41,175 nucleotides of DNA from Prorocentrum cordatum (Eukaryota). The stretch covers positions 620,001 through 661,175 of the forward strand of contig CAUYUJ010000325.1 of NCBI GenBank assembly GCA_963575745.1, given 5' to 3'. This document shows positions 1 through 9,539 of this stretch, in pieces. Each line of letters starts with the position of its first letter. The stretch's first letter is position 1. A program made the position numbers and the translations under genes. Below the pieces are notes generated by a model that saw nothing but the letters and a program-made list of their open reading frames with translations, ran no database searches and was not told the origin of the DNA.

Positions 1-2
1 AC

Positions 3-3000
3 CGTGCCGTAGAAGCCGATGTGGGGCGCATCGTCGATCTTGCCGTTGATGATGTCAGGCCCGTCGTTGGTGCTCAGGGCATGGGTAAGATAGTGTGGCG
101 CCGTGTCTTCATTCACGTCTTCGCTGCCGTCATACGACTCAGGGAACTCCTGTTCGAAGGTATGAGCTCGGCCACGAAGTGGCTGGCGGAACTTCTCCTT
201 GATCTCCGAGGCGCTGTCGAACCAGTGCTTGACGTACGCCTCCATTTCCCATCCATGGAGCGTGAGGTAATAGTCATACACACCCTTGCGTCTCTTCTTG
301 GAAGTCCACCAGCTCATGTCACATAGGTCCTTTACAATGCTGCTGCTGCTCCTGGTCTGGTAGCGCGCCTTGAGAAACTGCAGTAGCCGTGCTGGTTCAG
401 GTTGGCGCAAGAACTGCTGCATGCATGGCTCGCACCATAGCTTCCAGCTGTCATGGTTTCGACCTTCATTGTTGTCAATAGACACTGCCCACGTCGCTGC
501 CCAAACACCTAAGTCGTTCATCACGTCCTTGTGCACCTGCTCCGTGCCCTCGTCCGTCGGGGTCTGTATCGCGCCGCCTGATTCCAACATGGCATACGAA
601 GATCCAGTCTGGCACCACAGTCGCTCACGCCCTAGTTTATGCTGTGCATGTCCGTCGCATAGCTGAAGTGTTAGTCCCCATCAAACTCTGTTGATGCGCT
701 TATCGCTGCTGCTTCCAGATCCGTCCACAAACGCAATAGAGCACCGTACTGGGTTGATGGTGGCGATCTCCTTTGCATAAACCGCGGGGCCCTCTGCGGT
801 CGTGGTCCAATAGCATCCATCCCAAGATCCCCAAGCCAGTGGCGGTGGCACTGGGTTACGGTGCTGAGGGAGAAGTCCACGAAGCCAGAAGGCCTCCGCG
901 CCAGGGTCGTTGTACATTTCTCCCAGCGCTCTTCTGCACAGGGGCTGAGATTTGACAACCGCCTCAATGCTGAGGCTGTCGTTCATCCCGCACTCGTATA
1001 GCCTGTGCGTGATTGTGTCCGCCGCTTTGGAACATCTTGGACAGTTGGCGTCGGTGCGATACACAGCATCTTTGCACCGTTGCCCAGTCCATATCACACC
1101 GCACGCAAGGGCTTCGAGCGCCCCTGCTTTTTGTACGCGGTCTGCTTTGCTGAGCTTCTGTAGGGTCCTCTTGAGCATGGTCGTGTCCATACCGTGCTGC
1201 ATACCTTTGGAGTAGTAGTGGCCCGCTGCCTTAAGCCAGAGCTGCGCCTCCATGTCTTGAGCGATGGTGCGCATGATGCCTTTAAAGTCCAGCTCGTCAT
1301 CGTCCTTGAACTTCCAAGTGCTGCCGCGTGGATATTCCTATACATCTGGCTGCGTCGAGTCCCATCCAAGCTGTTGGAATGGTACTATTAGCGCTCCCAT
1401 GGGTCCAGTGACCGAGTTCCACCGTCCACGTGGTCCCATAGCTTTGAATCTTTGGGGTACATGGTCCCACCCTTGTCGAAGTCGGCCGTGCGCTGGGGCT
1501 TCGCGTTGCCATGTATGTACCCGTTCTCGTACTTGGCGCTGTAGACAGGCTGCGGCGGTCTCGTTCTCCCCATAGAAGATCACGTTGATGGTGGAAATGC
1601 ATCTGCCTCCAGTACTGAAGCCGACCATATCAGCTGCTTGAGCTCGCGCATCACGAACTGCACTTGGACTGAGCCCTGAAATTGGTCAATCATAACTTTG
1701 CTTCGCTCTGAGGTTCGAGTTGAAAAGCATGGCTGTTCTGCGGCGCCAACGTCCCTTCTGCTTGCTGAAAAGCTTGCTCCGTTTAGCTCTTAGCTTGGCC
1801 TGCTTCGTCCTGGTCGTGCGCGTCGCTGTGACTCGGCGCCGTCCAAGCGCCGCATCAATGCTTAAGTCCTTTACGTATTTCGGTGTCTTGACCCCTATGC
1901 CGTTCTGCTTCATCTGCCTCACGATGTGCTTCTTGGTCTCGATGCTGTTCGTGAGGAGTGCCAACTTGCCTGAAACCGCCAGCTTACTCCAAGCATGCTT
2001 GTACCATGGTAACGATTGCCACAGGGAACCGTTCCTTGAAGTCAGCAGGGTGCCCTTCAACTCTGGCGTGTAGGTCGTCGACAAACTCGCGTGCAATAGC
2101 CAGTGGTGCTGCATTGTGCGTGTTACCCAATATGGCGTAGATCATGGCCCTCGCTGCATGGTTAGCTGCAGCGCATCCTGCGACTATGCCACTCCATGGG
2201 CATATGGGTTCTGCATGATCATGGCAGGCTCTCACTTTACGCGGCGAGAGACACACCAGCACACCCATTTAGAAATTAATCGCTGGATACTTGAGTTGCA
2301 TTGCCCTCCAAATCAGGATGAGTAGGTCCACGCTGTCGTAGAATTTCCCCAGGTCTAAGTAGAAGGCGCCGTAGAGCGATCCCTTGAGCTCCGCGCTGGT
2401 TTCGTCGAGAGCCATCGACAGTAGTGCTGCGCGTAAAGCTGAAGATCCTTGAACCGCTGCATCCCAGTGCCCTGCCTTTTCTGCGCACCGTTCTTGCATT
2501 TCCGATTTTGCCATCTTATCCCAAAGTAGCACAGGGAAAAGTAATGATCCAATCGGGCGCCCCTCGCCTGCTGCATTGGAGCCAGCTTTTACCAATAGAT
2601 GGTACCAACGATGGTAAAATTGATGAGGCCAGCACAAGTTGCGTTCGCATGAGTTTATCACGAAGACGACGCTACGCTTGGCGTCGCCTGGTAAGGCGTT
2701 GATCCCAGGTGGCTGCCATCGATCGGGCCCTCGCGCCGTCGTGGGATGAAATTGGGAAAGTGCAGCTTCGAGGTCGTTAACATCGTAGAACGCACGCTGA
2801 GGAAGTTCGGCCTGAGCTGCTCGTCGAAGTTATGTCATGACCTGCTCGAGCCGCTCGCTATTGTTATGCCTCTGCCATCCTGTCGGCCATGCCCCTGCGC
2901 GGCACCCCGTAGCTTCCCGCGGCGCCCCCGTTTCTTCTTTGCTGATTGGGTCCACTGCCGTATCAGGTAGGTCTCGTCGTTCACGTTTGCTGACGTACCT

Positions 3001-4600
3001 GTGCGCACCACGCATATTGCTCGACAAGGCCGTCCTCGTCCACTGTCCAATCTGCTCTCTGACCTTTTTCCACACTTGAGAATTATGCCATTCCATTCGG
3101 AGCCGCGTAGCCTCTACCGCGTCCTGCCACTCCTGGACGTTCCCGGCGTTTACCTCAGGGCCAGGGCCATGGCCAAGGTTGCTCACACGCCGAGCGAAAA
3201 GAGCAGCTTGGTTGTCCAAGTAATCCGCCTCGGCTACCTTCGCGCTCTCAAGCTTGTCGATCTGGCTGGCTACACTCTTGATGATGACACAGATGGCCCC
3301 CAAGCGGGGCTTACTCTCAATGGGGCGTCTCTGGAGGAGCAGGGATCCGTCTCGGCATCTATGGCACATTGATGTCCAGAGGGTGCCGATGCGCCGCTGC
3401 CCGTCCGCCTTGGTGTCGCCCTTTGGCTTGCCTGCGATATGCCGCGGATGCGGCGCCTCTTCGCAACGCGTCGGCTGGCCGCGACGAGCTCGCGAAAGTA
3501 ACGGTGCACCAGTGCTGGTTGACAAAGCCCGCTCTGCAGCATTCGCCCATTTGCCATATAATCGCCGAAGAAGCTCGCCCATCCTCGGGCCCTGCTGGTA
3601 AGCTAACGAGTTCCGTACCCACGCTGAAGCACCGCGGATTCGGCAGGATGCCTCCTCCTTTTGGCACTCCGCCCAGCTGGTCTGGTCGCAGCGCTTGGTG
3701 ACCGTCCCCGGATAGTTCTTATCCAGCAACTTACTGTCTAGGAGGTCTTCCTCAAGGTACTGGGCCATCTCGATGCAGTGAGTACGATCCCTCTGCTGCC
3801 TCTTGATGCCCTTCTCACGCGTAACTTCTGCCATGGGGATGGGCCGCTTAGCTGGGGGCATGGGCTGTCGTATGAGGATGGTCGAGGGCCTGGCCCATAG
3901 TTCGACGACGATGCCGATGCGCGGTGGCCAAGGTACATCATGTTCAGCTCGTACTTGTTTGATTAGGGGCCGAAAGTCTGGGGGCATATTCACATAGTCG
4001 ATGAGGCGCCCCGGTCCGCTGCTGCACGTGTGACTAACGTGCTGGGGCACGACAATAAATCCTCCAAGTAGTTTAAGCCAGGGCGTCGCCTCAAAATTTC
4101 CGGGGCGCGTCGTTGAAGCCGCCGCAAATTATCAAAGGCATATTGCCCAAGCTCTTCGCCAACCGCAACATGTGCTTCATCTTGCGGATTTTCTCGCCAG
4201 CGAAGCCAATTGAAACCGTAAGATATGAGGTGATAACTGCAATATGTTGCCCTTTGAGCTGCCACTTGGTCATGGAGATGTCGTGAACCCCCTGGCGAAG
4301 ATACTGTAGCCCTGCGCGCCTGGCAGGTGTGCACGCGTGTCCAGATGTCGACGTCGAAGTATGCAGGTGCCTCCCAAGGTGCCTTTCTTCGAACGCGGGG
4401 ATGGTCTCGCTGGAGCCCAAGTTCCATGGGGTCGCCAACCATACTTCATCAGCCGACTGGCCTCGATCTCCGCTGCTGGCCCACGCAAATGGTGCCAATT
4501 GAGCGCCATGATGTCATACTGATTGCTCTTGCCCTCGATGTACGTCTTGGCGGCCGCGCTGCACCACGCTATGTTGGCCATGAAAATTGCGACGGGGGTC
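3..4600 (-). pseudogene. LINE-A ORF2 (APE endonuclease - RT - zinc knuckle - RNase H), many frameshifts and stops
   Basis: Pieces: IFMANI..YDIMAL..GGTCIL (end of 4270..6051), LIICGGFN (4091..4498), RLIDY (2830..4050), RPIG and DLGKFYDSV (2269..2661), FVDD (2074-2085), CPRC..HRLYEC and FVDGSG (681..1274). After the TGA at 681-683 the frame stays open from 680 to 3 (translated by hand). Confidence 0.9.
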
Positions 4601-4996
4601 TTTGCCTCGTCGAAATGGTTATGCTTCTCGTCGCCTTCGGCCTGGAACCCGCGACCAGTACCTTGCACACCTGCACGGACTAGGTATTCCGATGATGGCG
4701 AAGAATAAGAACTCCCCGATGATAGACGCGACCGAGAGTTGCCTGGGTCATCATCTGCTCGAGTAGACGCACTCTCGATGATGTAGCCAACCTCGTCGTC
4801 AAACCAGACCTGCTTCTGGAACGCCAGCTTGGGCGGGCCGCTCGGTCCTCGATGAAGGTCTGCTGCGAGTGGGGATTTGCCGCTTGATACGCCGGCGGCA
4901 GCAGTGGCCACGTTTGGCCCACCCCCCTTCGCTGCAGACGCTGCTAGTGCGAAGCCCTCGATTTCGGCCTCCACGTCAGCGAAGTCCTGGCGGTGG

Positions 4997-6085
4997 TTAG
5001 GAGCTCTGCTTCGTAGCCACGGCGACCTTCGTCCTGCTCTTGATCTGGGCCAGCCTCGCGAGGTAGGCCTGGACCTGGGCATCATCTGAGAGGTCGTACT
5101 GGTTGGCGAGCTCGATTTGCGGGTCCATGACTGATGGTGCTGCTCCTGGCACCGCTGGTGTTGCTGCGGTTCCAGCTTCCTTGTCTGGCTCCGACTTGGC
5201 GTCAGCTCCATCTTCTCCTTTTCGCCGCTCGCAGGCCTTAGTCTTGAGCGTCTTGGCTGCGTCGAGCGCCTTCTTCGCGTTGGTGGCGGCTGTCTTCCTG
5301 CCCTCGATGCACTGCTTAGCCTGTTGGAAATATTTCTGGCTATGTCCTTATTCTTCTTTAAGCTTAGCGTCCAACATTGCCAACTCTTCTTCTTCCAAGG
5401 TGGGGAAGGCCTCTTCGTCATCATCTGGCTTCTTGGCAGGCTCTGATTATGGTACCACTTCTCCAACATCAGCCTCTGCCTCTTGGAACTGCCGCCTTGC
5501 TTCTGCCAGCTCGGCCACATTGGTGTTGATCCGCTGGGGCACGTCGTTGCGATACTTGGTGGCACGCTTGAGTTGCTTGGCCAACTTATCTTGGTGCTTC
5601 TGGAGTCGGTTGAGCTCTGCGACCGCCTCCTGGAGCACCTGACCCGTGGACGACACGGTGACCGCTGCAGGGTCTGGTGGCTTGGCGCCTCGGCAAGCTG
5701 CGAGGATCTCGTCCATGCGGGGCTGGTCGTTCTGCTCACGCGCCGCGATGTACTGCTTCCTGAGAAGGTCCACCATCGGCTGAGCTGCATCTTGGACGGC
5801 TTGGCCTCCCGCTGGCGGCTTCGAAGTAGACGGTGTTTGCCACTCCTGTCCACATGTTTTGCAGTTGGTCCATCCAGGCTTGCCAGCCCGGTTGCAGTAT
5901 ACCCAATTGCCACTGCCCACAGGACAAGTAGAGCATACCAGGTACTGCGTCTGCTTTTGGCCCTTGGTGTTAGGCGGTGTGCGGCTGGCTGAGCGCGACG
6001 GCATACGTCGCCACGGCGCTCCCCATGATGCCTCCCACGTCGCTTGGGCATCGTCGTCTTGTCGCCAGCCTCTGCCGCGGGTCAT
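4997..6085 (-). pseudogene. LINE-A ORF1 (zinc finger plus coiled coil), in-frame stops
   Basis: ORF 5447..6085 has CSTC..CKTC and a heptad-like helix. The same frame continues past the stop at 5447 (EEEELAMLDAKLKEE..) to TAA at 4997-4999. Confidence 0.75.
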
Positions 6086-6238
6086 GTACTGGGGAAGCAG
6101 GAACTTTAGCAGCGGCTTCTGGCGGCCCCCTCAAGCCGCGAACCGACGTACAGCGAGCATCAACCCGCCGCCGCCGATGGTGCGCGCCCTGCTGCCTCGG
6201 CCCTCGCGTGCGCGCGCGCCCGCTGCAGACCGAATTGG

Positions 6239-6260
6239 CTTGAGCCAAAATGGCTACGGA
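6239..6260 (-). other. Full-length dinoflagellate spliced leader (DinoSL) TCCGTAGCCATTTTGGCTCAAG
   Basis: 22/22 match to DCCGTAGCCATTTTGGCTCAAG, at the 5' boundary of LINE-A. Confidence 0.97.
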
Positions 6261-6262
6261 CA

Positions 6263-7052
6263 GAGGAGGAGGAGGAGGAGGAGGAGGAGGAGGAGGAGGA
6301 GGAGGAGGGGGAGGAGGAGGAGGAGGAGGAGGAGGAGGAGGAGGAGGGGGAGGAGAGGAGGAGGATAAGGAGGATGAGGAGGAGGAGAGAGGAGGAGAGA
6401 GGGGAGAGCGGAGGGAGGAGGAGGAGAGGAGGACGAGGAGGAGGAGGAGGAGGAGGAGGAGGAGAAGGAGAAGGAGGAGAGGAGGAGGAGGAGGAGGAGG
6501 AGGAGGGGGAGGAACAGCAGCAGTAGGAGCAGGAGAAGGAGGAGGAGAAGAGGAGGAGGAGGAGGAGGAGGAGGGGGAGGGGGAGGAGGGGAGGAGGAGG
6601 AGGGGGAGGAGGAGGAGGAGGAGGAGGAGAGAGGAGGAGGAGGAGAGGAGGAGAAGGAGGAGGAGGAGGAGGAGGAGAGAGGAGGAGGAGGGAGGGGATC
6701 TTTGCTGCGCACCGCCGCCTGGCCAGCCGCCTCGGCGACCAGGCCGCTGCGGCACCCGCGGGGAGGCCTCGGCGGCCGCCCCTCGCCCGCCGCGCGTCAG
6801 CGCCGCGTGTGGACGGCTGGGAGCCCGTCACCCGGCCGCCGCCCGTGCCGCGCGCGCCCTCCTGCAACAGGGCAGGACGAGGGCGGAGGAGGAGAAGGAG
6901 AAGGAAGAGGAGGAGGAGGAGGAGGAGGAGGAGGAGGAGGAGGAGGAGGGAGAGGGGAGGAGGGGAAGGAGGAGAAAAAGCGGGTGGAGGAGGAAGCGGA
7001 GGCCGAGGAGGCCGAGGAGGAGGAGGAGGAGGAGGAGGAGGAGGAGGATGGG

Positions 7053-7109
<57 letters not shown>

Positions 7110-7231
7110 ACAGGAGAAGGACGAGGAGGAGGAGGAGGAGGAGGAGGAGGAGGAGGAGGAGGAGGAGCGTGGGAGGGGGGAGGAAGGTCAGTGGAGGACG
7201 AGGGGTAGGAGGGAAGAGGAGGGAGGAGGAG
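6263..7231 (+). repeat. Compound (GAG)n/(CAG)n microsatellite with a GC-rich island at ~6700-6880
   Basis: Direct inspection. (CAG)n lies at ~7055-7107. Confidence 0.95.
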
Positions 7232-7900
7232 GGACTGCTCATTGGGCTGCTCATAAGGTGAAAGACCCCTCAGGGCCGACCGCCCCACCGCGAGCGCCAC
7301 CACCCCGGAGGGCCTATGGGCCAACGCAGTCGGGGTCGGCGGGCCAGCGCCCTGGAAGGGGAACGCCTGCTTACGGGTCCGTGCCCCCGGGCCCCTGGCC
7401 GCCTCCCCCCGGCCGGCGCCCAGGGGGGGGCGCCTAGAAGGCCGGGCGGCGCGGCCGCGCTGCGCTTCCCCCAGGGCCCTGCCCTAACGCTGGGTAGGCC
7501 CCGCAGCCCCCCACCCTCGAGCGGCCTGTTCGCGAATGCGGGGCAGGCCGCCAGAGCGGTCGGGCGGGCTGGGCGGGCTCGGCCTGCGTGAGAACCCAGT
7601 GGTAACCCGCAGGTTCCAGCGCGGCTCCGAAGCGTGGGGGGGGAGGAGGCGGAGGGGGGTGGAGGGGCAAGAAGAGAGGCACCTCGCCCTTGGCTCGAAT
7701 CAGCGGTCGGTGATGGGCATCCCTGGCCCGTCCTTCCGCCAGACCGGGATACGGCGCAATTCGCCCGCCGCGGCGAGGGGGGCGACGGAGACGAAGGGAG
7801 GCGATGAGGACGACGACGAGGAGGGAGCGGGCGACCGGCGGAAAACGGGAGGAGGAGGAGGAGGACGCCAGAGGAGGAGGGGACGGGGAGAAGGACGAAG

Positions 7901-7922
7901 ACGACGACGACGACGACGACGA

Positions 7923-7962
<40 letters not shown>

Positions 7963-7985
7963 CACGACGACGACGACGACCACGA
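7901..7985 (+). repeat. (GAC)n microsatellite
   Basis: Direct inspection. Confidence 0.95.
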
Positions 7986-8454
7986 CCACCGAGACGAAGG
8001 GAGACGACGAGGACGACGGAGGGGAGGGCGACCTTCGACGCATTGGGCCAGCGGCGCCAGTCGAACGACCTCCTTGACCTCTTCAGGTGGCTCGCTCCGA
8101 GCCCCCGGCGAAGCTAGCCGGGCCTCCGGCGAAGCCGGCCAGCAGCGCCGCGCGCTGAGCAGACGGCGCCCTGGCGGCCCTGCCCGGCGTCCCCGAAACC
8201 TCCCTGCAGAGGAGGAGCCCGGCCGACGCGAACCCAGCCACCGGCGCCATGGCACGCCCAGCGATCCCGCCGCCGACCCGCCTGACCCCGGCACGATGGC
8301 CCCGGCCATCGGGCCAGGCCAGCCCGCAGCCCCGCGCGACAGGCGCCAGCGACTGGCTGCCATCCCAACCCAAGGTCGGGGGAAGGCAAGTGGCTAGTGC
8401 CCACAGCCCACGCGCAGGCGCAGGGCCGCCGCGCCTCGCCCACCCTGTGCCTGC

Positions 8455-9134
8455 TCACCCGCAAGCTGCGTGCACCAGCGCCGCGCACGAGAGCCCGAGG
8501 AACCGGACCTTCGCTGCGAGTTCCTCCCGATTGTCCGTGTCCATGAGCACCCACTCGGCCAGGCCAGGCGGGGGCGCCCATTCCTCAACGAGGGCTGCAC
8601 GCAGCGCCTCAGTGCCCGAGCACCGGGCCAGCAGGTGATGCAGACCTGCCGCATCGCGCCCGCACAGGGCGCAAGTGATCGGCATGCGGGTGGCCGCCCT
8701 GCCCCAGATCGCCGTGGGCAGCTCCGACGTGACCCGCGCTATGCACCAGGCGCGGTGGAAGCGCCACTGGGTCTGCCCCCAGGAGGCCCACCGTAGGTCA
8801 GCCAGCCACGCCTGCCGCAGGGGGAGCACTGCTGCGATGGGGAGCGGCCCCGTTTCGTTCAGCTTGGCCACCTGCTCGCAAAACCACTCCCGCCCCACCT
8901 CGCGCACGCGGGGGGTTACAACGGACCGCGCCCATCGCCGTGCTGCGCTGCGGCGGGCCACGGGCCCGCCCGCTGCCTCGGCAAACAGCGCCTCTGGTGG
9001 CGGCCCCACCCCCAGGCTCTGCGCCACCGCCGCCGCGTCTTGGAGCCACGTCCCCCCGCCGTGGGCGACCGCGGCCTGCAGGCGCGACAGGCGAGTCCTC
9101 CGGGAGCGCCAGCAGCCGAGCCCATCCCAAGATG
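8455..9134 (-). pseudogene. LINE-B ORF2, C-terminal part (post-thumb region and zinc knuckle)
   Basis: ILGWARLLALPEDSPVA, then a frameshift into ORF 8455..9027 with CALC..HLLARC. Joins in frame to 15816 once YR element 1 is removed. Confidence 0.82.
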
Positions 9135-9469
9135 AGGACGTCCCGAGATCTTTTCAAGGCGGGGACACAGATGAACGAACGGCTGCGCGTCCTTGCGCTC
9201 AGCTGTGAGGCACCGTCAACCACAGAGAGAAAAATGAGACAGAGCATGCGCGTGCACGCATGCTCGAGAGGGTTCGGGGGGGCGGGGGACCAGAGAAGCT
9301 ATGCGATGCAAGAAGGAGCGGAGCCAAAGGGGCGACATAATGACAACCCCATCTTGACTTCCTTCACGTGCAAGCACAAACCAGGACGTCCCGAGATCTT
9401 TTCAAGGCGGGGGCACAGATGAACGAACGGCTGCGCGTCCTTGCGCTCAGCTGCGAGGCACCGTCAACC
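9135..9469 (-). repeat. Element 1 3' repeat block: B1 (9383-9469), A2 (9287-9383), spacer, B2 (9135-9221)
   Basis: B copies are 87 bp with 2 mismatches. A2 differs from A1 by 1 substitution and 1 indel. Confidence 0.95.
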
Positions 9470-9539
9470 CAAGCCGTTCCCAAAAATGTTTACTGGGTGG
9501 GTGGGCAAGGGTGATTATATAACGACGCGCGCCATTCAC

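Larger units (their letters stand above)
1..6260 (-). mobile_element. LINE-A: non-LTR retrotransposon, complete at the 5' end (SL-capped), 3' end beyond window start, decayed
   Basis: Ordered on the minus strand: DinoSL, ORF1 (CxxC..CxxC, coiled coil), APE endonuclease, RT (DLGKFYDSV, GIVAGC, FVDD), CPRC..HRLYEC zinc knuckle, RNase H (FVDGSG). Confidence 0.92.

Noticed and set aside
20..660. Intein as the RNase H insert
   Set aside because: It starts near a Cys, but no C-terminal HN/HQ followed by C/S/T and no LAGLIDADG motifs were seen.
6700..6880. Host exons in unique islands between microsatellites (also 17400-17780 and 25140-26050)
   Set aside because: No recognisable protein motif or consistent splice pattern. 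Cannot be supported without RNA data.
5970..8400. Long poly-G/E/P/L/S/D ORFs on both strands
   Set aside because: Translations of trinucleotide microsatellites and GC-rich stop-poor DNA, with no domain motifs.
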